IMG/VR virus record: IMGVR_UViG_3300035502_001274
Location: 124,842-188,841 of that record
DNA: 64,000 bases
Source: a virus
Lineage: Duplodnaviria; Caudoviricetes
Strand: one strand, 5' to 3'
A model generated the notes under the pieces. That model did no database searches and was not told the DNA's origin. It saw nothing but the letters and a program-made list of their open reading frames with translations. Every line of letters begins with the position of its first letter. The stretch's first letter is position 1. Positions 45,454 to 55,726 of the stretch are shown in pieces. The position numbers and the translations under genes are program-made.

Positions 45454-47955
45454 TTACTTCGTCACAACTCTGATGATGTTGTCGCCAGAAGCTAGCTGAA
45501 CCCGGCGTACAGGCTTAGCCTTTCTTCCCAGCGTCTTGATATCATCAAGGGTCAGTGTCTCCATATCTAGCCTTGTGCAGACCTCGATTTCCTTCAGCGG
45601 TGTGTCCACATAAACCACGCCATCGTTGACATCCAATGTCGCCAGATAGCTGGTCGCCTTAGTGGCACTCGGCTTTCCGAGGAACTCCAGTTCACACTTC
45701 TTGGCACAGCCTTTCTCTGTGATCATCACCACGTACTTAGCCTCTGCATTGACAGCTGCACAGCCTACGCAGAAGTCGTCATCATTCATGATCACCAACT
45801 GATTGCCAACGGCCTCTCTGCTGTAAGTGGGAATGCTGTCAGCGTAAGCGTAGTTGTATTCGCCCTTTCTGGTGTAAATGATGAGCGGAGAATCGCCCAG
45901 ATAGTAGTCAGCGTGTGCCAGGAAGTCGTTGTTACGCATCTTGGTCAGACGCATATTCTTGATCACTTTCCGGCCATCTTCTGTCAATTCCACCAGATCA
46001 TCCAGCAGAATCTTCTTGGCAAACCCATCCCGGGAGATTGTAATGAGGAACATCTCTCCGGCATTGGTCTTCTTCAGCCACTTCTGGGCATCGGTTCCCT
46101 GGAAGAACTGCATCGAGATGATCTCGCCTTCCAGCTTGGTGACGGTGTAAGCCTTCTGCGGGACATCCTGCAGAGACATGGTGTCAACATCGCCAGCCTT
46201 AATGACAGAGAACTTGCCGAAGCTATCCACAAATAGGATGCTGTCCATGTTCTTGACACGAAGCACGTGCGTCGGATAGTCATTCTTCTCGAAGTTGCCG
46301 AAGCCCTTCCTGTAGCGTTCCACTGCTGCCAGAGACACCTTCTTGAGTCCACCACGCTTGGTAGTAATCAGGAAGTACTCAGTATCAGTGTCCATCTGCT
46401 TTCCAGTGTCCAGATTGATGAGCTGAGATTTCCGAGGCTTCACATACTTCTTGAGCTCGTCCAGTTCCAACGCAATGATGTCATCAATGTCTTTCTCGGA
46501 CTTCACCATGTTGTAGTAGTGGTCGAGCTTCTCTTTCTGCTCTTTCAGCTCATTTTTGTAACGTGCCAGTGCATCTTTGCTGAACGCACCCAGCTTCATG
46601 TCCGCAATCTTGTCTGCCTGATAGGACGACATGCCATACTCCTTGATGAGATTCTTGGCAATGTCCTTCTCAGCACTGCTGCGGATGATCTGCACGGTCT
46701 TCTCGAGGTTGGAACCAGTGCAGAGCTCGATCAGCACCTTGAGCAGCTCAATGCGCGCGGTGGTCTTGACGATGCTCTTATTGATGAGCCGTCTCTTATA
46801 CTCACGGCGTTCCTCAATCCACTGACGAATCAGGTCACCCAGAGATAGCTCTCCGAGCTCCAGACCTTCCAGAACCACTTTGAAGTTGATGGGGGCTGTC
46901 TCCTCCATCTTCGTCTTCCGGAAGAGCTTTTCCCGCACTGCATAGGGGTCATGGTCTTTACTGACGATGATCCAGAGATTGACCGGAGAGATAACTTTGC
47001 CATCAACGATGACTTGCTTGGTGCGATCCTGGACATCTTTGATGGGAAGCTGGCCAGACTTGGTGAGCTTGACCAACGTGTCCACGATATTTTCCTGGGT
47101 AACACCCCAAGGCAGATTGGCGACACGGATTGCCCAGTTCTTGCCTTCATCAACGATCTCAGCTTTGGCCCGCATCTTCAGCGTGCCTTTGCCGGTTTCA
47201 CAGATCCTCTTGAGCATATTCTGATCGTCCACAATGTCACAGCCTGTTGGTAGATCAGGTACCATGTAGACCTGGCCGCCGTCATCATTGTAGAGCATCT
47301 TCTTGGTCTGGTCGATGACCTCCTGGATGTTGTAGGGCGGAATGCGATAGGAGTTACCCACCGCAATGCCCTGGCCGCCATTGATCAGGATGTTGGGATA
47401 CCGAGAAGGCAGTGACACCGGCTCATAACGGTTTCCAGACGTTGAGAAGATCATCTGGACACAATCCGGGTCAAAGTCCTTGAAGAAGCAGTCCCATGCG
47501 TACTGGGTCATACACATCTCTGTGTATCGGTCAGCGGCATAGATGGCACTTACTTCAGTGCCACCTGAGCCGTAGACCCGAATCAGCGGGATCTGTCTCT
47601 TCCAATACTGAGACATGCCGATCATGGTAGCATAAGCCGATGCTCCACCATGGGGATGGATCTCAGTCACAGCACCAGTCACCGAGATGGACTTCTTCTT
47701 ATTGCCCGGTCTCAGAGCATGCTGGTACATCGTGTAGAGGATCCGTCTTTCGACAGGTTTCAAGCTGTCAGACAGTCGAGAGAGCTGCCTTGCGTAGTTG
47801 ACATTGGCGGAGAAGATCACCATCTTATCCTTGTCATAGGGAGCGAGCTCTACGTTCTCCACAGTCTCATTGGCCTCGTCGAAGTCCTTCGTGATATCGA
47901 CATCCTGCCAGAGGTATGAGGACGCTCCCTCAGAGTCTTTCTTATTTTTTGCCAT
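45454..47955 (-). CDS. gyrA: Type IIA topoisomerase subunit A (GyrA/ParC-like)
   Basis: DSLKPVERRILY, HPHG, AADRYT catalytic Tyr, PNILING..GIAVG, PDLPTG, beta-pinwheel-like C-terminus. Confidence 0.92.
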   Translation of the reverse strand: MAKNKKDSEGASSYLWQDVDITKDFDEANETVENVELAPYDKDKMVIFSANVNYARQLSRLSDSLKPVERRILYTMYQHALRPGNKKKSISVTGAVTEIHPHGGASAYATMIGMSQYWKRQIPLIRVYGSGGTEVSAIYAADRYTEMCMTQYAWDCFFKDFDPDCVQMIFSTSGNRYEPVSLPSRYPNILINGGQGIAVGNSYRIPPYNIQEVIDQTKKMLYNDDGGQVYMVPDLPTGCDIVDDQNMLKRICETGKGTLKMRAKAEIVDEGKNWAIRVANLPWGVTQENIVDTLVKLTKSGQLPIKDVQDRTKQVIVDGKVISPVNLWIIVSKDHDPYAVREKLFRKTKMEETAPINFKVVLEGLELGELSLGDLIRQWIEERREYKRRLINKSIVKTTARIELLKVLIELCTGSNLEKTVQIIRSSAEKDIAKNLIKEYGMSSYQADKIADMKLGAFSKDALARYKNELKEQKEKLDHYYNMVKSEKDIDDIIALELDELKKYVKPRKSQLINLDTGKQMDTDTEYFLITTKRGGLKKVSLAAVERYRKGFGNFEKNDYPTHVLRVKNMDSILFVDSFGKFSVIKAGDVDTMSLQDVPQKAYTVTKLEGEIISMQFFQGTDAQKWLKKTNAGEMFLITISRDGFAKKILLDDLVELTEDGRKVIKNMRLTKMRNNDFLAHADYYLGDSPLIIYTRKGEYNYAYADSIPTYSREAVGNQLVIMNDDDFCVGCAAVNAEAKYVVMITEKGCAKKCELEFLGKPSATKATSYLATLDVNDGVVYVDTPLKEIEVCTRLDMETLTLDDIKTLGRKAKPVRRVQLASGDNIIRVVTK

Positions 47956-47967
47956 GTTACACCTCCA

Positions 47968-50496
47968 TCAGTTATCGATGTCTTCCAGAGTGATGTCTGC
48001 TTCCTTTAAAAGCTTCCGACGGGCTTCACGCCACTCATCACCATCCCCATGAAGCAACTGCAATGTGGCCATTGCTTCCTTGGCGTCATGCATGGTGATT
48101 CTGAGCAGTTTTCTGGTCTTGGGATTCATCATGGACGGGAAAATCATGTCCGCATCAGATTCGCCAAGTCCTTTGTATCTCTGCTCGATGCCAACCTGGA
48201 AGCTCTTATCACACATCACGAGGAACTGGCCCAGCGTCATGAGATCCCAGTCATCAGAACGAGGATCATCTTTGCTCGCATTGCGATTCTCGCAAAGCAG
48301 ATAGAATGTCGGAGACTCTGCAAGGATGCGAAGGAATCGACGTGCCATCTTGAAGAAGATCTTATCAATGATGAGCGTGATGTTTTCTCCTTCATAGGAG
48401 CCCATGATACTTTCATAGTCTGCATGATAGTGAAGCTCCGGGAACTTCTTGGTGAGCATCTTCTGGAACTCCTTAGAACGCTTATCTTCAGGCAGTGCCG
48501 AAGTCAGCATAATGAAGTAGCAGATATATTCTAGAACCACAATGTTGCATGCAGAGCGTTTCACCAGTGTCTGAAGCTCAGACAGATAGTCCGTCGTGTG
48601 ACCCAATGCCTTGATAAGGTCTTTCTTGCTGAGACCAGTCACTTCGCCGGCACCTTTGACGGCATCTGCATTTGTCTGCGGATACACAAACTTCACCTTG
48701 ACGTTATCAGCAATGATACGATGATAGAGGTCATAATACTCTTTCTTGTCGAAGATGTAATTCTGGCCGCTCATGTACTTCTTGCTGCTCTTATCGTCAA
48801 TGCGATAGAGTGCCGGGATGACCTTGTATAGTCTTCCACTGGTGATAATCTCCGGCATGTGGCATGCAAAGAATACCAATAGTAAAGATGTGATGTTTGA
48901 GCCATCAACGTCGGAATCGGTCGCCGTTATTACAGCATTCCATTTGAGCTTATTCAGATCGAACTCATTACCGATGCCGCAGCCGAGAACCTTAATCAAT
49001 GCAGCGAATGTGGGATTTTCCTTCACTTTTTGCGTGGACCAGCCAAAGGTGTTAGGAATGACACCTGTGATGGCGAAGATTGCTTGGCATGCAGAGTTTC
49101 TTGCGGAGCCAACTGCAGATACAGCAGAATCTCCCTCGGATAAGAGGATCTCTTTGTAACCAGAGTAGTTACGGTCGGAGATGTTTACAAAGATCTTGCC
49201 GATGTCTGCGTCATCCAGGAATGTGGTAGGTTTCTTCAGGGTAGTATTCTTGATCTTCTTAGCCTCCATGCGAATCTTAGAGATCTGCCGGAGATACTGG
49301 ATGATCTTTCTCAGCAAGCCATTATTGGTCTCGAAGAATGCGCTTAACGCGTCCATGATAGGCTTACGTCCATACTGGATGATATTCTTTTGATCGACCT
49401 TGGATTTATGCTGACCTTCAAACTTGGGATTAGAGTGGTCGCAATTCACCACAAATACGAGTCCCTTCTTACAGTCATCTGTGTTGACCTCATACTTAGC
49501 ATTGGGATCCAGGGCCTTCGCTTGACGGCTAAAGAACGAGCAAATTGCCTGCTGCACAACTTGCTCATGGGTGCCACCTTCCTTAGTGGCCAGGTAATCG
49601 CAGAAAGATGCTGTGACCATGTCATCGAGAGTTCTATCATAGGAGAAGGAGAATTCCAGCTTGAAGTACTCAGTGTCATGATCGGGTTCATCGATCGTTT
49701 GCTCTGGAATGCTCAACGTGATTGGAGGGAATTCCAGAGACTGGGAAAGATACTCAACATTGGCCGCAATACCTTGCCGAGTATAGGTGCGTGCAGTTTC
49801 CTTGCCTCTCTTATTGATGCCCAGGAACTTGATCTTGATTCCATCAGGCATGACGTAACTCAGCCGTCTGAGATAGTCCTCAACATCGGCCAACTCCATC
49901 TTGAACTTGCCGAGCCATTTCTGAGAGGGAATGAACTCGGTGTAAGTGCCATGCTTACCGGGCTTAGCTTTCTTAGTGCCCAAATCAATCAGCTCATCAT
50001 TTTGCATGGCCACAGTTTTTGCCAGTCCATCTCTCGTAGATGTTACAAGATAATGATCTGACAGAGCTGCCGTGATGGTAGTACCAACACCATTCTGGCC
50101 TCCAGAGAACTTATTGAATTCCCGAGTAAACTTGGTGGAGTAATGCTTCTTGGAGATAACATCGGCCAGAATATTATGAGGAATGCCTCGCCCATCATCT
50201 TCAATGATGAACTTGCATTCCTTCTCCATGAAAGTGATCCAAATGGTCTTGCCAATCGTGTTGGGATTGGTCAACTCATCCAGGCTGTTGGCCGTTATCT
50301 CGTTGACCAAATGTGAGGCCGCTGTCTGTGCGTCACTGCCTACATACATGCCGAGGCACTGTCGAATCTGCTCGAACTCGTTGTCCTTGTACTCGTAGAC
50401 GTCATCATGAATCAATGACGCCGGGTTATCTGCAACGGTTTTTGGTTTTGCAGACTTGGTGTTTGTCTTAGAATTTGCCTTCATAGACGTCGGCAT
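47968..50496 (-). CDS. gyrB: Type IIA topoisomerase subunit B (GyrB/ParE-like)
   Basis: EITANSLDE, DDGRGIP, GQNGVG, EGGTH, EGDSA, DSDVDG, RYKGLGE. Confidence 0.93.
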   Translation of the reverse strand: MPTSMKANSKTNTKSAKPKTVADNPASLIHDDVYEYKDNEFEQIRQCLGMYVGSDAQTAASHLVNEITANSLDELTNPNTIGKTIWITFMEKECKFIIEDDGRGIPHNILADVISKKHYSTKFTREFNKFSGGQNGVGTTITAALSDHYLVTSTRDGLAKTVAMQNDELIDLGTKKAKPGKHGTYTEFIPSQKWLGKFKMELADVEDYLRRLSYVMPDGIKIKFLGINKRGKETARTYTRQGIAANVEYLSQSLEFPPITLSIPEQTIDEPDHDTEYFKLEFSFSYDRTLDDMVTASFCDYLATKEGGTHEQVVQQAICSFFSRQAKALDPNAKYEVNTDDCKKGLVFVVNCDHSNPKFEGQHKSKVDQKNIIQYGRKPIMDALSAFFETNNGLLRKIIQYLRQISKIRMEAKKIKNTTLKKPTTFLDDADIGKIFVNISDRNYSGYKEILLSEGDSAVSAVGSARNSACQAIFAITGVIPNTFGWSTQKVKENPTFAALIKVLGCGIGNEFDLNKLKWNAVITATDSDVDGSNITSLLLVFFACHMPEIITSGRLYKVIPALYRIDDKSSKKYMSGQNYIFDKKEYYDLYHRIIADNVKVKFVYPQTNADAVKGAGEVTGLSKKDLIKALGHTTDYLSELQTLVKRSACNIVVLEYICYFIMLTSALPEDKRSKEFQKMLTKKFPELHYHADYESIMGSYEGENITLIIDKIFFKMARRFLRILAESPTFYLLCENRNASKDDPRSDDWDLMTLGQFLVMCDKSFQVGIEQRYKGLGESDADMIFPSMMNPKTRKLLRITMHDAKEAMATLQLLHGDGDEWREARRKLLKEADITLEDIDN

Positions 50497-50541
50497 TTCC
50501 TGACACCTCCTAGACTAAATTTTCGTAGAATCGTCTGAGAA

Positions 50542-50554
50542 TTAAGGGTCTGTA
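50542..50554 (-). promoter_or_regulatory. Late-type promoter
   Basis: TACA-gaccct-TAA. Confidence 0.6.
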
Positions 50555-50579
50555 TCTACCCACTGACTATTCTAAATCA

Positions 50580-50587
50580 ATGATATA
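50580..50587 (-). promoter_or_regulatory. Early-type promoter
   Basis: TATATCAT on the minus strand upstream of gyrB. Confidence 0.5.
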
Positions 50588-50604
50588 TCGACATGCAATC
50601 TTAC

Positions 50605-50662
50605 AAAAAAAGAGCCCATCGTGGTTGAAGAGTCGAGGCACTCTTTCCACGATGGGTTCTCT
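50605..50662 (-). terminator. Long-stem intrinsic terminator
   Basis: AGAACCCATCGTGG...CCACGATGGGCTCT plus T7 on the minus strand. Confidence 0.8.
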
Positions 50663-50850
50663 GAGATGGCTTGTTATGGTCACCAGTACCGCGCCTAATT
50701 GCCGGTACCTTGGACTCAATGAAGAGTCCGCACGTTGTACGACAGTTCCACAGTCCATCAAAAGTCCCACGTGTCGACTTCCGATACTTTTCAATCAGAC
50801 TGTTCTACATTCTATCTGTCGCATTCTAGAGCGGTTTGGCAGTTTACGGA

Positions 50851-51327
50851 TTAGCGCAGATCCACGAAGTCCACACCGCCGCTACGACGGTTATTGCCGT
50901 TCCGACGCCGATTCTGCTTGGTGCCATTGGTAAGGGCCGTCTTATAGGCCAGCATCAGATAAGCGTTGACCTTGAGCTGGATGTCGGCGATGACCTCTTC
51001 GATCAGCTTCTTATCCTTCTCGCTGTCGTTGCTCATCAACTTGACGATGCTGCAGGCGTTGCTCACGGTGTTGATGGCCTCCTGGAGCTTCTCGTCGCTG
51101 ATGCGATTCAGATCGACGCGCTCGCCGCAGATCTTGCAAATCCAAATGGGTTTGCCGCCTTCCTCACGGAAAGCCAGCGCGGGCACGAACGGCTCCTTGG
51201 TGTGGGTGCAGAGCGCGCGAGCCTTCAGCTTGCGATGGCTTAAGCCCTTTTCTGCCTTGGTGATGTCTTGGGTATACTTTGCAATCGCCTGATTGCTACC
51301 CCTGTTCCTTCTCTTCTTGTCGGACAT
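50851..51327 (-). CDS. Early basic zinc-finger protein
   Basis: Start MSDKKRR after AAGGAGG; CTH...CKIC; Arg-rich termini. Confidence 0.75.
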   Translation of the reverse strand: MSDKKRRNRGSNQAIAKYTQDITKAEKGLSHRKLKARALCTHTKEPFVPALAFREEGGKPIWICKICGERVDLNRISDEKLQEAINTVSNACSIVKLMSNDSEKDKKLIEEVIADIQLKVNAYLMLAYKTALTNGTKQNRRRNGNNRRSGGVDFVDLR

Positions 51328-51530
51328 AATGGTATGCCCTCCTTCATAATGATTAACCACGCCTCCATTGAGGGAAGCTAGCATGGTTAGATATGCGTTA
51401 CATAGATCGTATTTTCATACAGCAAGCACCGCTCTCTTGCCTGCCAGCATTCCGACCCAAAGAAGAAGGGTTTGTGATTGTGATGCCTGGAGATAGCAGA
51501 GGCCTCGAACTCCGCATTCTCCTTCTTTCA

Positions 51531-51545
51531 CACAATAATGATATA
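51531..51545 (-). promoter_or_regulatory. Early-type promoter
   Basis: TATATCAT-tatt-GTG. Confidence 0.65.
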
Positions 51546-51604
51546 TGCGCTCAGAAAATTGGTAGAGAATCACATCTTAGTGATTCTCTACCAAGTAGAT
51601 CTTC

Positions 51605-53359
51605 TTAGAAGGACATAATCCGGACTTTGACCTTACCAGCAGGTGTAACTGCCAGCGTAGGCTCTTCCGATTCCTCTTCAGAGTCGTCAGCTTCCTCCGA
51701 AACGGCCACCGCTTCCAGGTTATAGGCAGCCGGCATGATGGTAGCTTCATCAGAGCTGGAAGTTTCTTCAGTCTCTTCCACCTCTTCGGGCAAGAAAGTG
51801 AGCTGGTTATCAATGCCGATAGTGAAATTCTCATTGGTGCCGAGGTCCACCACAGCAATCACGATGGGATAGCTCGTATCATCACCCACCGGAATGTCGA
51901 TCCAGAAGCCATTGACTTCACTGCCAGCATCCACAGCCACATTTACCTCGGCATAATACACGCCATCGGAAGAATGAACGCTGTCATCGTTCCCGGCCAG
52001 CTGTGAATAGACGGGGTTGTAGATGGCAATGCGCAGACCTGCGTCTGTCACGATCTTGGGATAGAAGACCGCAAAGTCCGTCAGGTTTCCGCTCAGACCA
52101 GGTTTGCTCGCAGAAACTACGGACTCCTTGGAATGGATCTCTCCGTCCAGGGTGATGGTGTACTGGTTATCAGCGTTCTGCACGATGCCCACGCTTCCCT
52201 CATTGGCTGAGAGGAAGTCATGCTGCAGCAAGGCATTGGGCCCAGAGCTTCCACGGAAGGACAGGTCGTTCTTGATGTGGAATGTCAGCGCAGCGGTATC
52301 AGGATCGTCACCATCCAGGTCATAGAACCAGATATGGATGTAGTCATTGTCACCAGAGGACTCGGTCAGCACGAACTTGTAGATGAACTCGGTTTCATCT
52401 TCACCAGTGGTGTAGTTCTTGTCCTTGGTGTAGATACCACCGCTTTCACCGACATAGGGGTCGCTCGTATAGAATGCCAGAGCGGGGTTCCGCTGCATAA
52501 TTCTGTAGCGATGATTCGCTTCTACCGGCAGATTGATACCGAAGTCCATCAATGTGCCATTCTGGTCATCGAAGGTCTCGGTATCTTTTACCTCGGCATT
52601 GAGGTCGGCGCCGGAGATATCCACGTTCCAGATCTTCCCCGAAGCATCGGATGTGATGGAGGTAGAAACGCCGTCATGATCGCAATAGACTCGCTGTTCG
52701 TACGCAGGCTCTTCAGGCTCAGGGTCGGGAGCAACTTCTTCCACATGCTTGGTGATATAGAGCACGAAGTCAGTCTCAGCATCGAGCGTCCTGAAGATAT
52801 TGACGATATAAGTGCTGAAGAGATTCTCCACGGAGAACTTGGGCACCAGATATTCAGGATTGCTATAAGTGCCAATGGAGATATCGTACTTCTCACCTTC
52901 AGGGCATACGAACGGCTCGGTGACTTCGAAGATGACCCGATCGATGAACTTGTTAGCAGCCAGCTTACCGAACGCATTGGAGTATCCATCTTCCAGATTC
53001 TCCACTGTCAAGTTCATAGGCAGCATCATGATATTGGCACCAGTCGTGCCGCCAGTCAGCTCCTTGATCTTTTCATCGGTATAATCGCTGGCGGCTGTTA
53101 CAGTCTCCTTCAACTTGGCATTCAGATTCTTCAGATTCACCAAATCTTCGTCATTTTTGGCATCAGCACCGCTGGTCAGAGGTGCGTCTCCACTGGACTC
53201 CACACCATTGACCTGCAGGGTTGCATTGATGGACAGAATCAGGCTCGTATGGCCATCTTCGTCCGTTACAGTTTTGGCATCTTGAATGATAGCTGTTTCA
53301 TCGTTGTATCCGATTCGGAAAGAGCTTCCAATAATGCCTTCAAGATTTGACAGATGCAT
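51605..53359 (-). CDS. Acidic virion surface/decoration-like protein
   Basis: 584 aa, beta-rich and acidic; second gene of a late operon. Confidence 0.6.
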   Translation of the reverse strand: MHLSNLEGIIGSSFRIGYNDETAIIQDAKTVTDEDGHTSLILSINATLQVNGVESSGDAPLTSGADAKNDEDLVNLKNLNAKLKETVTAASDYTDEKIKELTGGTTGANIMMLPMNLTVENLEDGYSNAFGKLAANKFIDRVIFEVTEPFVCPEGEKYDISIGTYSNPEYLVPKFSVENLFSTYIVNIFRTLDAETDFVLYITKHVEEVAPDPEPEEPAYEQRVYCDHDGVSTSITSDASGKIWNVDISGADLNAEVKDTETFDDQNGTLMDFGINLPVEANHRYRIMQRNPALAFYTSDPYVGESGGIYTKDKNYTTGEDETEFIYKFVLTESSGDNDYIHIWFYDLDGDDPDTAALTFHIKNDLSFRGSSGPNALLQHDFLSANEGSVGIVQNADNQYTITLDGEIHSKESVVSASKPGLSGNLTDFAVFYPKIVTDAGLRIAIYNPVYSQLAGNDDSVHSSDGVYYAEVNVAVDAGSEVNGFWIDIPVGDDTSYPIVIAVVDLGTNENFTIGIDNQLTFLPEEVEETEETSSSDEATIMPAAYNLEAVAVSEEADDSEEESEEPTLAVTPAGKVKVRIMSF

Positions 53360-53374
53360 CTTGTAATCCCTCCC

Positions 53375-53821
53375 TTATCGGAAATTCAGCTTTACATCCA
53401 CTTCGCCATAGGCTCTGGTGCTAGAGCAGACCATGGAGAAGACGGTGCCCACTGGATAGAGTTTATTGATGTAGTAAGTCAGGGTATCGCCAGTGGCTCT
53501 CATGAAGTTATTGGGGATCGATACAATGGCTGCATTATCCGCATCCACCTCATAAATGATATCTTTGGAAGAGGCAGAGAATGCTGTGATGCAGCGCAAT
53601 GTGACACTTTCGAGCCACATGTCTTTGGATAAAGTCGTAATCGTTGTCCTCGCAAAGTCGCCCGTCAGAGCGGCAGGAGGGACAACGATGTTTTGATCGA
53701 GGAAAGGCATCAGGGCCTTGGCCTCTGCAATGGCAGCTTCCAGTTCATCTCCCGTATATGAAGAAAAGTAGGAGCTCAATGCAGAAATTGCACTTTCCAC
53801 TTGTGCATTAGAAGTAGGCAT
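53375..53821 (-). CDS. Small structural protein
   Basis: YTGDELEAAI motif shared with the 6177 and 16207 proteins; late promoter. Confidence 0.6.
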   Translation of the reverse strand: MPTSNAQVESAISALSSYFSSYTGDELEAAIAEAKALMPFLDQNIVVPPAALTGDFARTTITTLSKDMWLESVTLRCITAFSASSKDIIYEVDADNAAIVSIPNNFMRATGDTLTYYINKLYPVGTVFSMVCSSTRAYGEVDVKLNFR

Positions 53822-53863
53822 GATACACCAGCCTTTCTAACTTAGTAATCAAAGGTCTTCACG

Positions 53864-53876
53864 TTAATGGGATGTT
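53864..53876 (-). promoter_or_regulatory. Late-type promoter
   Basis: AACA-tcccat-TAA. Confidence 0.7.
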
Positions 53877-53936
53877 TTTTGGGCCCAGTACTTTATGGGC
53901 TTTAAAAGCTGCCTAGAAACATCTAGGCAGCTTCAG

Positions 53937-55697
53937 TCATTTCACAATGATTTTACGCATGGACATCTTCATCGACCTGATCTCAGACTTGCTGGGAGTA
54001 GTGGCCGACTTCATAGCTCCAAAGTGCTTAGCGATGACCTGGGGATCAAACCTGCAGAAGAGCAGATAATCATCCCTGCTGGTATCGCCAAATTTCCCAG
54101 TGAGAATACGAGCACACGCGTCATCCAATTGAGCTTCATCGACGGGAGCTTGCTTCTTGGAGGGCATCTTGGCCACCATCTCCAAAACAGATCCTCTCAG
54201 TTGCCTGGCCTTATCCTTGGTAATTCCAAAGTTCTTGGCCACCGATGCGATATTCCGTTTATCGCAAGAGCGGATCTCTTTGATCTCGGCAGGGCATAAG
54301 GTTTCCCAGAGCTCTACCTGTTGCATTGCACTGGTATCGACCTTATTTGCAGCTACAGCTAAATCCATTTCATTCTGAATCTGTACGATGGTCTTGGCAT
54401 CATCAGGAAGTGGGGCCGTAAACTGTAGATTGGGATAGATGATTTGAATATCCGCTTGGGCCGCCTTGATGTAAGAGTGCGGCATTCCTGTGATCTCTAC
54501 AGCTCGATCTTCAGTGGCAGTCAGCATCTCTATCATCTGGTCTTTATCCAATTTGAATAGCTTGAACCGCCTTCTTGCACTTTTCTTAGCTCGCATTAGA
54601 TTGAGCATCTTAGCCGATAAGGTGTCATAGATGAAGGGATCGGGAGCATCTAGCTGAGCATCCACATCGGGATAGGCAGTATCCCGCAACGCTTTCCTGA
54701 TGCGAGAAGCTGTCGACTTAGATTGGATGCCGCTCTGCTGTACAATGTCGGTGATTGTCATCGTTGTCAGTTTGAGCTGGTCCGCAATGGACAGCTGTTC
54801 TGGCATCGACTTGACTTCCACTCCTTCCAGGAAATCGGATCCCTGATAGATTTTGGAAGTTCCAGCTACTGGATAGACGCCGCCAATGGTTTCTGTCAGG
54901 AATTTGGCGAACTGCTCCGTCTGCATGACGTTGTAATTGACTTCGACGTCTTTCTTGATCTGCTTCTGGGTTACAAATCCGTCATCTTTCTTGGGAGGTT
55001 CTTCTCCCAGTCTTGCAGAGTTGAAGGATTCTCCTTCTTCATAGATCTGCTGTGTTTCCCTGTCATATTCCGTCAGAGTTGCAATGAGATGATTCTCCAC
55101 GGTATAACTGTCTTTGGGAGCTTCTTGCAGCAGAATGGGATTGGAGGGTCCTTTAGATCTATGAGAAGAATGATCCCGCCGGCTCTTATCCAAAGCCAGC
55201 TCTTCCATGTCGCTAACGGCCAACTTGATATCATGCACGATGATATTGCGGTCGTAACCTGACAGGTGCTTCCACTCCTTCACGTAATCAGGGATCTCCT
55301 TGCTAAATCCCAGATGATACATGACACCAATCCGAACCTTTTCAAAGTCCTCATCAGAGAGGCAAAGCAACTTTCGACGATGATTGGTGGCGATCATTGG
55401 GAAAAGGAACTTGGTCTTGATATTGTAAATGAGATAGGGCAAGACAGTCCCGCCCTCTACCAGAGATCCATCTTTACAGATGGTGGATTCGATGGGAATA
55501 CCGCTTCTCCTATCAGAATGTGTCATGGGACAAACCGTGATGTTGTCGTTCCATTCGGGATAAAATGCTTGCTGAATGATCACTACAGGTCTCGAGGTGA
55601 CGGCGCCCAGCTCCTTTTTCCTTTCTTGGTCTTTGGAAGCTGAAGGATTATAGTAAAACCACACCTGACCTGGCATAAATTCACGAAATCCAGCCAT
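53937..55697 (-). CDS. PemK/MazF-domain protein with long C-terminal extension
   Basis: PGQVWF...RPVVIIQ...NITVCPMTH PemK pattern; start MAGFREF after AGGAGG. Confidence 0.72.
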   Translation of the reverse strand: MAGFREFMPGQVWFYYNPSASKDQERKKELGAVTSRPVVIIQQAFYPEWNDNITVCPMTHSDRRSGIPIESTICKDGSLVEGGTVLPYLIYNIKTKFLFPMIATNHRRKLLCLSDEDFEKVRIGVMYHLGFSKEIPDYVKEWKHLSGYDRNIIVHDIKLAVSDMEELALDKSRRDHSSHRSKGPSNPILLQEAPKDSYTVENHLIATLTEYDRETQQIYEEGESFNSARLGEEPPKKDDGFVTQKQIKKDVEVNYNVMQTEQFAKFLTETIGGVYPVAGTSKIYQGSDFLEGVEVKSMPEQLSIADQLKLTTMTITDIVQQSGIQSKSTASRIRKALRDTAYPDVDAQLDAPDPFIYDTLSAKMLNLMRAKKSARRRFKLFKLDKDQMIEMLTATEDRAVEITGMPHSYIKAAQADIQIIYPNLQFTAPLPDDAKTIVQIQNEMDLAVAANKVDTSAMQQVELWETLCPAEIKEIRSCDKRNIASVAKNFGITKDKARQLRGSVLEMVAKMPSKKQAPVDEAQLDDACARILTGKFGDTSRDDYLLFCRFDPQVIAKHFGAMKSATTPSKSEIRSMKMSMRKIIVK

Positions 55698-55726
55698 GCA
55701 TTCGTTCCTCCTTTCATTCATTTATT

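Noticed and set aside
50670-50720. T-box-like AATTAGGCGCGGTACTGG upstream of a terminator
   Set aside because: Lacks the GGTGGNACC consensus; downstream gyrB has its own promoters after the terminator
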